DNA of 64,000 nucleotides from Coprococcus sp. Lineage in GTDB: Bacteria; Bacillota; Clostridia; Lachnospirales; Lachnospiraceae. Below, piece by piece: positions 47,839 through 60,256 of the stretch (its first letter is position 1; each line of letters opens with the position of its first letter). The position numbers and the translations under genes were made by a program. The notes beneath the pieces are model-generated. The model was given only the letters and a program-made list of their open reading frames with translations, had not been told where the DNA came from and ran no database searches. Location: contig JAGBHU010000052.1 in NCBI GenBank assembly GCA_017935345.1, forward strand, positions 5,250-69,249, given 5' to 3'.

Positions 47839-50825
47839 TTCTTACAATGCAGGCATTTGGCACGTATCGTGATAAAACAGAAATTGACTTTACAAGCTTG
47901 GGGAAGAAGGGGCTGTTTCTTGTAACGGGTGATACAGGTGCAGGTAAAACAACGATATTTGATGCCATCATGTTTGCACTTTATGGGGAGACAAGCGGCG
48001 GAGGAAAAAACAGTACAGGCAGAAATGGGGAGATGCTCCGTAGTGATTTCGCTGAGTCTAAAGATGTGACATATGTTGAACTGGAATTTGAAAATGACGG
48101 AAATTTGTATCGTATATGGCGTAGTCCGGCATATATAAGGCAGGGGCTTAAATCAAAGAAAACAGCCGAGGTTAAATGGTGGGAAAACGGGCAGGAAACC
48201 CAGCTGAAGGCTGTGGAGATAGATGGTAAGAGTGGAGTAAAAGGCAGAGTACAGGAAATTCTCGGCCTTACGGCAGAGCAATTCAGACAGGTTGCAATGA
48301 TTGCACAGGGGGAATTCAGAAAGCTGCTGGTCGCAGATACAAAGCAGCGGGGAGAAATCTTTAAGACGATATTCGATACGCATATTTATGAATTTATACA
48401 GAACAGAATCGGTGAAGATTATAAAAAAGCAAAAGAAGACTTTGAGCAGTTAAAGAACAGTATTGAAAATGCGATAAAGCGGATAGAATGTCCTGATGAA
48501 GAGACAGCGGAGGCATATGGCATTGAAGGACTGAAGGATTTTATCCATGAGGGTTATATAAGAGTTGAGGAGATACAAGAGGATTTACGGATATTAAATG
48601 AAAAGGATGAGGCTGCAAAAAAATATTGCAGTAGTGAGATTAAAAAAATAGAGGCGAAGCTTGCCCGGTTAGATTATTCGCTTCATGGATTAGAAAAATG
48701 TGACAAGGATATAGAGAAGGTCTATAGCGAGCTACAAAAGGAAAAGCAACAGTATATTGATTTGGAAGCAGAATATACGCTTGCCCGTGAAAATCATGAA
48801 TCCGCATCCGGTTTATCGACAGACAAGCTTGTTGAGGAAAAAACGAATTTGGACAGGCAGCTTCAGATATGCGCTGAATATGATGATTTGAAGAGGAAGC
48901 TTGAGCAGGAGAAAAAGCAGCTTGACAAGGAAGCGGAGAAATTGAATAAGCAATGTCTGGAGCTGGAAGAACTTTTAAAAGAGATGAACGATATAGACGC
49001 AGTTCTTGATAAGGGAGATTCTGCGGGGGCGAATATAGAAAAGGTAAAAAGCATCATAGAAAATCTGGAACAGAATAAGATACAGTTGATTGATTTGAAA
49101 AATGAGATTGCTGGTTTGGATGGAATAAAAAATCAGGAGCGTATGGTTCGTGAGCTTCATACAAAGCAACTGGTTTGTTCTGAAGAAAGAAAGGCGGCTA
49201 ACAATCAATATGAGCAGATGGTTGAACTGCGAAACAGCCAGATGTGCGGCGTTTTGGCAGAGAAGCTTGTTCTGGGAAAACCATGCCCTGTGTGTGGAAG
49301 TCTTGAACATCCAAGTCCTGCAAAGCTGACTGCTACGGAAATTACGGAGGAAGATATCAAAACGTACAGAGCATATTTTGATGATGCAGATAATCAGTAC
49401 AAATTGGCAAATGAAAATCTTTTAAAGTCAAATGAATCACTTCGTGTCAGAAAACAAAATCTGCTTGGGCAAGTGAGAAAATTTGCAGCTTGTAATAGCT
49501 ATGAAGAAGCAGAAGATATCATATTATTGCAGATAGAAGGCTGTGGACAGGATATTGAAAAGCAACAGGACGATTTGCAGCAATACGAAGAAATGCATAA
49601 TGCTTATGAGGCTGCAAAGAAAAAGAAAATTGACCTTAAGGAAAAACAACAGCTTATTGAAACGGAGAAGCAGGCGCAGGAAGCGTTGCTTGCTGATAAG
49701 AAGAAGACCATACAGACAGACCTTGGCAGATTGCAGGAACTTGAGAAGAATATTCATCATGACAAAAATGAGATGGAAAAGCGGCATGCAGGTATTGAAG
49801 CTGAAATCAAGAAAATCAATGAGCGTAAATTCAATGCCCAGACAGAGTATGAGGAAAAGAAAGATGCCATAACAAGGCTGGAAACCGCCATACAAAAGGG
49901 GTATGAGCAATTTGCACATCATTGTGAAGAGGCAACGCTGATTCTTAAGAACGAAGAAGTGTTGAAGGCGTTGTTAGTCGTAAACGATATGCCGGGAGTT
50001 CAAGCGTTGTCAGTCGTAAACGATATGCCGGGAGTTCAAGCATTGTCAGACAGCAATCATTTGTTTGTGACAGAGTCGGGTTCAGATGCGGCATACCTGT
50101 ATGGCAGATATGATGAGATAACTGCATATTTACACGAAATTCAATCAAGGCTACAAGCCGTTATCGAGAATGAAAAAGAGAGTAAGGAACATAAAAATCA
50201 GGAAAGAGAAGCCATAACAGAAAGACATATAAAAAACGATGGAGCATACAAAATGTTATCAGATGATGCGGAGAAGTTCTCGATTGCTCGGACGGAATAT
50301 GAAAGACTGACAGAGCTGAATTTGGTGGCATCAGGTAACTATAAATTTGAGACGTATATTCAGGAGGTCTATTTTGACAGGATTATAGCAAGTGCAAACA
50401 ATAGACTTAAGATGATGATACACAATCAATTCGAACTGAGAAGAGGGAAGAAAACCGCAGGGGTACGAGGTCTGGACTTATTTGTTTATGATTACAGAAC
50501 GGGAAGAGTGCGTGATGTAAAAACCCTGTCAGGGGGTGAAGCGTTTATCACGTCACTTGCCATGGCGCTTGGTTTTGCCGATGTGGTACAAAGTAATGCA
50601 TCAGGGGTCAGAATCGATACGCTCTTTATTGATGAGGGCTTTGGCTCATTGGATGCAGAAATATTGGAACAGGCTATCAATGTATTAGCAGAATTGTCAA
50701 GGTCAGACTGCCTTGTGGGGATTATTTCCCACGTAGCCGAGTTGCAGAAAAGAATTGAAAAACAAATACGTGTAACAAAAAATGCAGATGGTATGAGTCG
50801 TGTAGATATTATTGGCTGTGAATAG
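47826..50825 (+). CDS. sbcC: exonuclease SbcCD subunit C (Rad50-like SMC ATPase)
   Basis: ORF 47811-50825; start MRPLVL (47826) overlapping sbcD end; Walker A GDTGAGKTT, zinc hook CPVCGSLEHP, signature LSGGE, Walker B LFIDEGFGSLD. Confidence 0.9.
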   Translation: MRPLVLTMQAFGTYRDKTEIDFTSLGKKGLFLVTGDTGAGKTTIFDAIMFALYGETSGGGKNSTGRNGEMLRSDFAESKDVTYVELEFENDGNLYRIWRSPAYIRQGLKSKKTAEVKWWENGQETQLKAVEIDGKSGVKGRVQEILGLTAEQFRQVAMIAQGEFRKLLVADTKQRGEIFKTIFDTHIYEFIQNRIGEDYKKAKEDFEQLKNSIENAIKRIECPDEETAEAYGIEGLKDFIHEGYIRVEEIQEDLRILNEKDEAAKKYCSSEIKKIEAKLARLDYSLHGLEKCDKDIEKVYSELQKEKQQYIDLEAEYTLARENHESASGLSTDKLVEEKTNLDRQLQICAEYDDLKRKLEQEKKQLDKEAEKLNKQCLELEELLKEMNDIDAVLDKGDSAGANIEKVKSIIENLEQNKIQLIDLKNEIAGLDGIKNQERMVRELHTKQLVCSEERKAANNQYEQMVELRNSQMCGVLAEKLVLGKPCPVCGSLEHPSPAKLTATEITEEDIKTYRAYFDDADNQYKLANENLLKSNESLRVRKQNLLGQVRKFAACNSYEEAEDIILLQIEGCGQDIEKQQDDLQQYEEMHNAYEAAKKKKIDLKEKQQLIETEKQAQEALLADKKKTIQTDLGRLQELEKNIHHDKNEMEKRHAGIEAEIKKINERKFNAQTEYEEKKDAITRLETAIQKGYEQFAHHCEEATLILKNEEVLKALLVVNDMPGVQALSVVNDMPGVQALSDSNHLFVTESGSDAAYLYGRYDEITAYLHEIQSRLQAVIENEKESKEHKNQEREAITERHIKNDGAYKMLSDDAEKFSIARTEYERLTELNLVASGNYKFETYIQEVYFDRIIASANNRLKMMIHNQFELRRGKKTAGVRGLDLFVYDYRTGRVRDVKTLSGGEAFITSLAMALGFADVVQSNASGVRIDTLFIDEGFGSLDAEILEQAINVLAELSRSDCLVGIISHVAELQKRIEKQIRVTKNADGMSRVDIIGCE
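49970..50041 (+). repeat. 36 bp direct tandem duplication (2 copies, 2 mismatches) inside sbcC coiled-coil region
   Basis: gttgttagtcgtaaacgatatgccgggagttcaagc / gttgtcagtcgtaaacgatatgccgggagttcaagc; encodes LVVNDMPGVQAL SVVNDMPGVQAL. Confidence 0.8.
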
Positions 50826-50887
50826 AAATACATCCTGTCAAACCCGGCAGTTTGACAGGATTGTTAAATTTCTGTCATGGACAGACA

Positions 50888-52075
50888 TTATTTATTCTTG
50901 ATAGGAATACCATTCACTTCTACCTCGTCGGAAATCTGAATGACGATACATTTGCGTCCGTCGATTTCTCTTGTTTCAATTAAATCGGTTCGTTCAGGAT
51001 TTACCTTGATAACAACATCGGGCGTTTTTACCTCGAAGGAACGGGTATTTACAAGATTGCTTGCATAAAGCTCTACCTTGGGCTCCGGTCTTAGAGGCTG
51101 ATTTCCGCTTGCATCATTGGAAACGGGCTTTGAAGCAATGGTTGCGAATGTGGCTTTTTCAAAATGCGTATCGAAATTCTCAAGCTTGTCATCAGTAACA
51201 CCGCTGCTTGACAGCAGGTTTTTGATAGAGCTTTTTGACAGGGTAAAAGGCTCTGGATTATCCTTTCTTTCCTGTATCATTTCGTTCAGATTTTCATGGA
51301 TATTTTTAACCGTTTCATAATCACAGTCCATGCCGAGGGTTTCCGTTACGATCGTCTGGAAGGCTTCCTTTTGGGTTCCGGCAGTAATCGGGAAGCTTGT
51401 ACCAAGCAGCTTATCAACAAATTCATAATGCATTTCTTCAGGCTTTTTGCTATAGTACAGTACATTGTGTATATCTGCGCTTCTGTCAATAAAGGCAGGG
51501 AAAAGAAAGCCTATGTCAGGCATATCCACCACCCAGTCACGTATTCTGTTGTGGAAGGTGCTTTCTGCATCGAAATAGCTAAGCCCTGCCTTGGACAGAT
51601 TTACATGACAAATGGAGCACATGATATATTCATATACTTCATCAGACGCATCATCCATCATCATGCCGTCTGTTGTTTTTCCGGGTACGTCATATGTATC
51701 GTGTATCAAAAGAATCAGATAATTGCCTGTATAATCATAGGTATCGATAACCTTGTCATAGAATTCTTCTATAAGCATGTCATCTTCCAACTTGCTGTTT
51801 CTAAGCTTTAACAGGAATTCCTGTGTACCGCCTTCAAATTCCTGATTTGTTGGAAATGGCATTGTAACAAGATTTTTTCCGATATTACCTGAAAGGTTCT
51901 TTTTAAAGATTTCAAAATATTTGAAGGCTTCTTCTTCCGGCAGAGAGAGAAATGCCTCTTTTAATGTAGCAACCTTTTTTCTGTCTCCGTCAACGTAGCA
52001 GCCGCATATTCTGCTTATGGAGCAGGTGGCAGGTGCAAATTGGTGGCGTATTTCAAGTACATCTTTTTTTGTCAT
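50888..52075 (-). CDS. DUF4317-family protein
   Basis: 395 aa; N-terminal MTKKDVLEIRHQFAPATCSISRICGCYV...GNYLILLIHDTYDVP resembles DUF4317 proteins of Clostridia from memory. Confidence 0.55.
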   Translation of the reverse strand: MTKKDVLEIRHQFAPATCSISRICGCYVDGDRKKVATLKEAFLSLPEEEAFKYFEIFKKNLSGNIGKNLVTMPFPTNQEFEGGTQEFLLKLRNSKLEDDMLIEEFYDKVIDTYDYTGNYLILLIHDTYDVPGKTTDGMMMDDASDEVYEYIMCSICHVNLSKAGLSYFDAESTFHNRIRDWVVDMPDIGFLFPAFIDRSADIHNVLYYSKKPEEMHYEFVDKLLGTSFPITAGTQKEAFQTIVTETLGMDCDYETVKNIHENLNEMIQERKDNPEPFTLSKSSIKNLLSSSGVTDDKLENFDTHFEKATFATIASKPVSNDASGNQPLRPEPKVELYASNLVNTRSFEVKTPDVVIKVNPERTDLIETREIDGRKCIVIQISDEVEVNGIPIKNK

Positions 52076-52120
52076 GATCCGTTATCTCCGTTTCATTTAT
52101 AATAGTAATAAGGACAGGTA

Positions 52121-52519
52121 TTAACTGTCCATTCCCATAGGCTCTGATAGCTTTGCCTTATAGACTTCGGGTTCCTTTAACAGTCTGCCCATTGTGTGAA
52201 AGGCGGTTAATACAAGCTTATCTTTATTGCAGCTTTCAGTATTTTTCCCTGTATCGTGATACAGATTAAATTCCCGCAGATGATAAAAATACAGGTCGGG
52301 TATCGTGTAGCCTTCACAGGCAAAAGTACCTGTAAACTCATAATGCTGCAAATAAAATAAAAATTCATCATAGAGTGCCTGATTGAGCAGCAGACCTTCC
52401 CACAGCTCGGCAATAAATTGATTATCAAATTCACATTCCACACAGAATTTTTCAATGATACTATATATAGCCAGCCTGCGTTTATCAAATATGATGTTTG
52501 GTTCCATTTCTATCATCAC
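52121..52519 (-). CDS. hypothetical protein (about 130 aa)
   Basis: ORF 45 nt downstream of the DUF4317 gene, same strand; RBS GGAAGGGTG; no family recognised; alternative start at 52507. Confidence 0.4.
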   Translation of the reverse strand: MMIEMEPNIIFDKRRLAIYSIIEKFCVECEFDNQFIAELWEGLLLNQALYDEFLFYLQHYEFTGTFACEGYTIPDLYFYHLREFNLYHDTGKNTESCNKDKLVLTAFHTMGRLLKEPEVYKAKLSEPMGMDS

Positions 52520-52789
52520 CCTTCCAAAATTACTTAAAAATTATAGCACGTAGACTTTTAAATCTCAACACCGCAAGACTTCTTTCATTTGTATTGTATG
52601 CAGCATACCTTAAGAAAGTCTTAAATATTTGGCAGGTTGTATCTTAATGGAGGTTTGTGGATAATAAATGGCAGGAGGTGAGTTTTGTTTTTGTACGAGA
52701 CATGTTATTATATAATAAAGTGAATACTGAAAAGATGCGAAAAGATAGTAGTAGCTTATTATATAAGGAATACAAAGGAGAGAGAAGAG

Positions 52790-53485
52790 ATGTACAGCAT
52801 ACTGGTTTGTGATGATGAGAAGGATATTGTTTCTGCGATAAGGATATATCTGACGACGGCAGGATATAAAATATATGAGGCTTATAATGGCAGGGAAGCG
52901 CTTGAACAGGTCAGGCAGCATGAAATTCATTTGGTGATAATGGATGTGATGATGCCGGAAATGGACGGCATAACGGCGATGGTGAAGATTCGGGAGGAGA
53001 GTAATCTTCCGGTTATTATGCTGACTGCAAAAAGTGAGGATACGGATAAGATTCTGGGACTTGAGGTCGGTGCAGATGATTATATTACAAAGCCATTTAA
53101 TCCTGTGGAGCTGATTGCAAGGGTAAAGTCCCAGTTGCGAAGATATATGCAGCTTGGTGGCGGAACGGTAACCAACAGTACGATTGTTCTCGGTGGAATC
53201 CAGCTGAATGATGATTCGAAGCAGGTAACGGTGGATGGCGAGCTGATTAGTCTTACACCTACAGAGTATGATATTTTAAAGCTGCTTATGACACACAGGG
53301 GTACTGTATTTTCACCAAAGGAAATATACAAATCGGTATGGAAGGAGGAGCCGCTTGGTGCAGAAGGCTCTGTAGCGGTACATATCAGGCATCTCCGTGA
53401 GAAGATAGAAATCAATCCTGCTGAACCAAGATATCTCAAGGTCATTTGGGGAAGAGGATACAGAATGGAGGACAATTCGCATTGA
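52790..53485 (+). CDS. OmpR-family response regulator
   Basis: 231 aa; receiver domain (DDE, phospho-acceptor Asp in VIMDVMMP, LTAK) plus winged-helix output. Confidence 0.9.
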   Translation: MYSILVCDDEKDIVSAIRIYLTTAGYKIYEAYNGREALEQVRQHEIHLVIMDVMMPEMDGITAMVKIREESNLPVIMLTAKSEDTDKILGLEVGADDYITKPFNPVELIARVKSQLRRYMQLGGGTVTNSTIVLGGIQLNDDSKQVTVDGELISLTPTEYDILKLLMTHRGTVFSPKEIYKSVWKEEPLGAEGSVAVHIRHLREKIEINPAEPRYLKVIWGRGYRMEDNSH

Positions 53486-55824
53486 AGGAGAAAAAGATAA
53501 ACAGCATAAGGGGCAGTTTGCAGTATAAGATTATACTATATGTACTTATTGCCATAGTGGCATTTATTACTGCGATTTCGGCAGGACTGACGCTTCAGAT
53601 GTACAGCTATGGCATATTGGACAATACGGATCGAATTCAAGCCTCTGAAATAGAGGCAGAAATGAAGGAATATTATATACAGGAAAAGATGGATTCCATA
53701 TTTGAGGTTGTAAGTGGCTATATCAATTCCAAATACGACCTGTTGGAGAACATACAAACGATTGAAGAGACTGTCTATGATGTAGATAGTGATGGAATTC
53801 TAAATCATAGAGATTTGGAAGCTGTAATCAACAGTAGTGGTTTTGAGAAATATATGGAAGAAAAGGTGCCAAGGGATATGCTGGAGGACATATATGCATA
53901 TACGGTAGATATTAAGTCCGCATATGGTGCAGGCGATACAAAATGCTCATATAAAAAGAATATGAATTTGATTTCAAAGGATAATCAGGCAATATATGAC
54001 GGCTCTGTATATAATAATGCAGCTTCTTTAAAATGGTATGGCAATTCCTTTATGTACAAATTCTTTGATTCATATCAGGAGGCACAGAATGCCGCAGAGG
54101 ATGCAGACTATTATTACGACCTGTATTCCGTATATGAAAATGAAGTCTATGACTACGAATACGATGAAGAGGATTATGAAACAACAACGCAGGATGCATA
54201 TCCATATGATGCTACGGGACATCCGATTATTGATAGCGGTTATATGCTTAAGAGAGAGTTTGATGACGGCGAGATGAATTTGCAGATTGATATCAGCTGC
54301 TGGGTAACTTCGGCTCAGGCTTTGGAGCTTTATGATGCGGATGCCGTAACGGAGCGATTGGATATATATTATCATTATAGGGATATGATTGTAATCGTTT
54401 TTATATTGAGCAGCATTATTTGTATCATTCTGACGATTTTATCAATGGTACATTCGGGAATCAAAAAAGGCGTGGAGGATATCAGACTGAATATATGGGA
54501 AAAATGCCCGATAGAAATCTTATTAGTGGGAATAGCAGGGGCAGCCTGTTTCTTTATATATTGTATCGAGGATATGTGCTACATGGCAGCATATACGCAA
54601 TATGAGATTTCGTACAGATATTATATGATTATGGATGATGTGGAATATTGGTGCTTGTCAGCATTTGCAGTATGCGGATATATGGCAATATTACTGTTAT
54701 TGAATAATATTGTTGTAAAAGTCAAGGCAAAGAGTCTGCTTAAAAGCTGTATAATCGTCAGAGCGTGGAAATATCTGTTTGGCAGGAACGGTAAAATATC
54801 AGGCTGGGTAAAATATATAGGAAAGAGAATTCCGCTTTGCTGGAAGGCGGTCATTGCATATGTGATTGTATTCATAGTATGTATTATGCTGCTTGGTATT
54901 TTGATATCCGGCGGCGCCGGAATCGTATTTCCTATTATGATACTGGCAGCGATTGCAATTACTCTGGGTTATGCCGGCTTTATTGTGATGATAAATGAAT
55001 TGCATAAGGGCGGAAAAGAACTGGCAAAAGGAAATATGTCACATAAAATTAATACAAAGTATATGTTTGGTGCATTTAGGGAGCATGGAGAAAATCTCAA
55101 CAATATTAATGAGAGCATACAGCTTGCCGTTGAGGAGCGTATGAAGAGCGAGCGGATGAAGACAGAGCTGATAACCAATGTATCACATGATATCAAAACC
55201 CCGCTGACTTCCATCATCAATTATGTGGATTTGCTGGAGAAGGAAGGAATCGATAAGGAACCTGAGAAATCCTATATAGACGTTCTTTCAAGACAATCTG
55301 CCAGATTGAAGAAGCTCATTGTGGATTTGGTGGATGCATCAAAGGCATCAACAGGAAATGTGGATATGGAGCTTGAAGCAATGGATGCCAATATGCTTTT
55401 GACACAGGCGGCGGCAGAGTATGAGGATAAGCTGGCAAATAACGGAATGACACTGATTATAAATACAACTGCCGAGCCTGCGAGAATTATGGCGGATGGA
55501 AGACATTTATGGAGAGTTTTCGATAATCTGTTGAACAATGCTTCCAAATATGCAATGGCAGGAACAAGAGTGTATGCACAGGTGGAGAGCAGGGCAGAGA
55601 AGGTTATTATTGTATTTAAAAACATATCAAAGGAACCGCTTAACATATCAAGTGATGATTTGATAGAACGCTTTGTACGCGGCGACAGCTCCAGAAATAC
55701 AGAGGGCAGTGGACTGGGACTTTCTATCGCAAAGAGTCTGTGCAGCCTTATGGGGGCGGAATTTGATATAGAGATAGACGGTGACCTGTTTAAGGCAATT
55801 GTGACATTTAATGAGGCAAAATAG
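53446..55824 (+). CDS. sensor histidine kinase with large extracytoplasmic sensor region and multiple TM segments
   Basis: ORF 53446-55824; real start probably TTG 53482 overlapping the regulator's stop (ATTGA); H-box LITNVSHDIKTPLTSI, N, G1, G2 boxes of HATPase_c. Confidence 0.85.
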   Translation: MGKRIQNGGQFALKEKKINSIRGSLQYKIILYVLIAIVAFITAISAGLTLQMYSYGILDNTDRIQASEIEAEMKEYYIQEKMDSIFEVVSGYINSKYDLLENIQTIEETVYDVDSDGILNHRDLEAVINSSGFEKYMEEKVPRDMLEDIYAYTVDIKSAYGAGDTKCSYKKNMNLISKDNQAIYDGSVYNNAASLKWYGNSFMYKFFDSYQEAQNAAEDADYYYDLYSVYENEVYDYEYDEEDYETTTQDAYPYDATGHPIIDSGYMLKREFDDGEMNLQIDISCWVTSAQALELYDADAVTERLDIYYHYRDMIVIVFILSSIICIILTILSMVHSGIKKGVEDIRLNIWEKCPIEILLVGIAGAACFFIYCIEDMCYMAAYTQYEISYRYYMIMDDVEYWCLSAFAVCGYMAILLLLNNIVVKVKAKSLLKSCIIVRAWKYLFGRNGKISGWVKYIGKRIPLCWKAVIAYVIVFIVCIMLLGILISGGAGIVFPIMILAAIAITLGYAGFIVMINELHKGGKELAKGNMSHKINTKYMFGAFREHGENLNNINESIQLAVEERMKSERMKTELITNVSHDIKTPLTSIINYVDLLEKEGIDKEPEKSYIDVLSRQSARLKKLIVDLVDASKASTGNVDMELEAMDANMLLTQAAAEYEDKLANNGMTLIINTTAEPARIMADGRHLWRVFDNLLNNASKYAMAGTRVYAQVESRAEKVIIVFKNISKEPLNISSDDLIERFVRGDSSRNTEGSGLGLSIAKSLCSLMGAEFDIEIDGDLFKAIVTFNEAK

Positions 55825-55872
55825 TCGTAATCAGGGTTATCGCACTAAAATAGTTTATATCGATAGAAATAG

Positions 55873-55912
55873 GAGACAACAGAAAACGCTCAGGTTTTCT
55901 GTTGTCTTTAAA
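55873..55912 (+). terminator. intrinsic terminator after histidine kinase
   Basis: agacaacagaaaac / gttttctgttgtct 14 bp stem. Confidence 0.5.
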
Positions 55913-55998
55913 ATTGCTTAAAAAAATGAAAAAAGTTGTTGACACAAAATAGAGCATGTGATAATATAATCTTCGTTGTGAGGAACACCTCATAAAAT

Positions 55999-56070
<72 letters not shown>

Positions 56071-56141
56071 CTTTTTTATTTTCTGGAAATGGAAAAACAG
56101 TTAAGTCTAAAATCAAAAATTGAAGTGTTAAGTATTTATGA

Positions 56142-56184
56142 AAGAAGCCGTTGCAGCAGATATTGAATGCAACGGCTTTTTTAT
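56142..56184 (+). terminator. intrinsic terminator downstream of tRNA-Gly
   Basis: aagccgttgca...tgcaacggctt tttttt. Confidence 0.55.
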
Positions 56185-56375
56185 GTAAAGAATTGTAAAT
56201 ATTAAGAAAAAAGTTAACATTTCTTAATACAATTTCTCTATTTTTGCCTATTGAATAAAAAACATAGAATGATATAATATGAACACTTAATGAACACTTA
56301 ATGAGCACAGGTTCATCCTCCGTGAATACCTGTAATAGGGGGGGAGGAGAATGATATAAAAAGAGGTATATAAAT

Positions 56376-58469
56376 ATGAAAGAGAGATTAAAAAATTTTC
56401 ATCATTCGGCTGTTTTTGTCTGTATTATCTTAGCTGTTGCTTTAGATATCGTATTGGAAATACTGGGCAGACATTCCGTTATAGATACATTGAAATACAT
56501 TGGACATGAGCCTTTGGTGTTTCTTTATAATTGTTCGATTATTTTCTTTACACTGACACTTGCGTTATTAATGCGAAAGAGAATATTCGGATATTGCATT
56601 ATTTCATTTGCATGGCTTTTATGCGGTATTACCAACTGTATCGTTTTGGGTTTCAGAATAACCCCGTTCTCGGCTGTTGATATGCTGATGGCGAGAAATA
56701 CAATTACCATAATCGATAAGTATTTTGAGGTGTGGCAGATTGTTGTGATTGGTATACTGCTGTTTATTGCACTGGCAGGCATCATTGTATTGTTTTTGAA
56801 GTCGCCAACGGTAACGGGAAATATCTATCGTATCAGAACAACGGTATTTATTGTAGCAACTTTTTGCTGTGTAATGCTTTTTACGAAAATAGCATTAAAT
56901 GCACAGGCTATTTCGGACAATTTCTCAAATCTGGCTACGGCATATAATAAGTATGGTTTTGTATATTGCTTTTCGAACAGTGTGGTTGATGTAGGAATAG
57001 GCGAACCCAAAGAGTACAGCGAGGAAAAGATGCTTGCAATCAAGGAGGAGCTTGATGCGGTTGAGCCTTCAGATGCTGCTTTTGCAAAAAAACAACCGAA
57101 TATCATAGTCGTTCAACTGGAATCATTTATGGATCCGTCTTATGTGAAAACACTTGAATTTAGCGAAAATCCGATACCAAATTTTACGAAATTAAAGGAA
57201 GAATGTACATCGGGCTTTTTGACGATGCCGGCTATTGGAGCGGGTACGGCAAATTCTGAGTTTGAAGTTTTGTCAGGCTTTAATGTGGCATATTTTGGCG
57301 CAGGAGAATATCCTTACAAGACAATTCTTGGAAGTACAACATGTGAGACAATGGCAACCCAGCTTACAAAGCAGGGATACAGTACGCATGCAATGCATAA
57401 CCATGATGGTACATTTTATGACCGATATCAGGTTTATAAGAATTTAGGTTTTGATTCATTTACACCACTTGAGTATATGTACGATGTCGAATATACCCAG
57501 AAGAATTGGGAAAAGGATAATGTGCTTACAGGTGAGATTATGAAAACACTTAATTCTACAAGTGGAAAAGATTTTGTCTTCACCGTAAGTGTGCAGGGAC
57601 ACGGCAGGTACCCGAATGAACTGGATGAGGAGCATTTCAGTTATCCGATAAAGGTTACGGGTACAGGAGATGAACTGCTTGATACAGAGTGGACATATTA
57701 TTGTAATCAGCTTCGTGAGATGGATGAGTTCATCGGTGCATTGATTGAGGAGCTTTCGAAATCGGATGAGGAGATTGTTCTCGTCATGTATGGGGACCAT
57801 TTACCGGGATTCGAACTTACGGAAGATGATTTGGAGAATGCAAATCTTTATCAGACAGAGTATTTTATTTGGAGCAATATGAAGGGATTTCCTGTTGAAA
57901 AAGAAGATATAGAGGCATATCAGCTTGGTACAAAGCTATTTGATATGGTTGGCTTTGAGAAGAGTTATATGCAGAAGTTTAATACCGTTTATAAGCCGGG
58001 GGACGAAAACTTTGATGATATCATGTGTAATATACAGTACGATATGCTGTATGGTGAGCGTTATATGTATCCGGAGGGATGGCCGTATGAAACAAAGGAT
58101 ATGCAGTACGGAATTGACCCGATTTATATAACGGATATAAAGGAAGGCACATATATGTATACGAAGGAGCTTAGTGAAGAAGAATTGGAAGAGGGGGCTG
58201 CTTTGCCGGAACCGAAAGAGCTTACAGGGGTATATATATTTGGAGAAAACTTTAATGAGTACAGTTTTGTATGGATTGATGACGCCTTTAAAAAAGATAC
58301 TATTTATATAGATAGAAATACGTTGTTCCTTCCGAACGGAGAATTTGATGATGGCGATGAAATCTATATTGCACAGGTAGGTGATGACAATATCGATATC
58401 GGTATTTCTGAAGCTTATCTGTATGAAAAGCCTGAGGAGTCGTCAGAGCAGACCGACAGTATGGAATAA
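56376..58469 (+). CDS. LTA synthase family protein (LtaS-like sulfatase/phosphoglycerol transferase, alkaline-phosphatase superfamily)
   Basis: 697 aa; 5 N-terminal TM helices; extracytoplasmic sulfatase domain with metal-binding VQLESFMDP...YGDHLP. Confidence 0.85.
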   Translation: MKERLKNFHHSAVFVCIILAVALDIVLEILGRHSVIDTLKYIGHEPLVFLYNCSIIFFTLTLALLMRKRIFGYCIISFAWLLCGITNCIVLGFRITPFSAVDMLMARNTITIIDKYFEVWQIVVIGILLFIALAGIIVLFLKSPTVTGNIYRIRTTVFIVATFCCVMLFTKIALNAQAISDNFSNLATAYNKYGFVYCFSNSVVDVGIGEPKEYSEEKMLAIKEELDAVEPSDAAFAKKQPNIIVVQLESFMDPSYVKTLEFSENPIPNFTKLKEECTSGFLTMPAIGAGTANSEFEVLSGFNVAYFGAGEYPYKTILGSTTCETMATQLTKQGYSTHAMHNHDGTFYDRYQVYKNLGFDSFTPLEYMYDVEYTQKNWEKDNVLTGEIMKTLNSTSGKDFVFTVSVQGHGRYPNELDEEHFSYPIKVTGTGDELLDTEWTYYCNQLREMDEFIGALIEELSKSDEEIVLVMYGDHLPGFELTEDDLENANLYQTEYFIWSNMKGFPVEKEDIEAYQLGTKLFDMVGFEKSYMQKFNTVYKPGDENFDDIMCNIQYDMLYGERYMYPEGWPYETKDMQYGIDPIYITDIKEGTYMYTKELSEEELEEGAALPEPKELTGVYIFGENFNEYSFVWIDDAFKKDTIYIDRNTLFLPNGEFDDGDEIYIAQVGDDNIDIGISEAYLYEKPEESSEQTDSME

Positions 58470-58591
58470 AAGAGAGATGGATATTTTTCCTAATTATATC
58501 CTTGACAATGAAGAACTAATTTGTTAGCATAACTTCATATATTTTTTAATACTTTATTGACATATGCATATAACATTATAAGAGAAAGTGA

Positions 58592-60052
<1,461 letters not shown>

Positions 60053-60126
60053 AATTGAATTGTTTGTATTTGCTAGCTTATATGCGGGGAATACATTACC
60101 AATATAAAATATATAAGTATAAAAGA

Positions 60127-60175
60127 AGAGCCTGTATAGTAACATCAGAAAATAGATTATACAGGCTTTTTTTAT
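60127..60175 (+). terminator. intrinsic terminator after guaB
   Basis: agcctgtata...tatacaggct ttttttt. Confidence 0.6.
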
Positions 60176-60256
60176 ACAATCAGTCAGGACGATTTTCTGC
60201 ATTTGCAGACATTGCGGATAGTAGTGTGGAAGTGTACATTTTGGAGAAATACAAAA

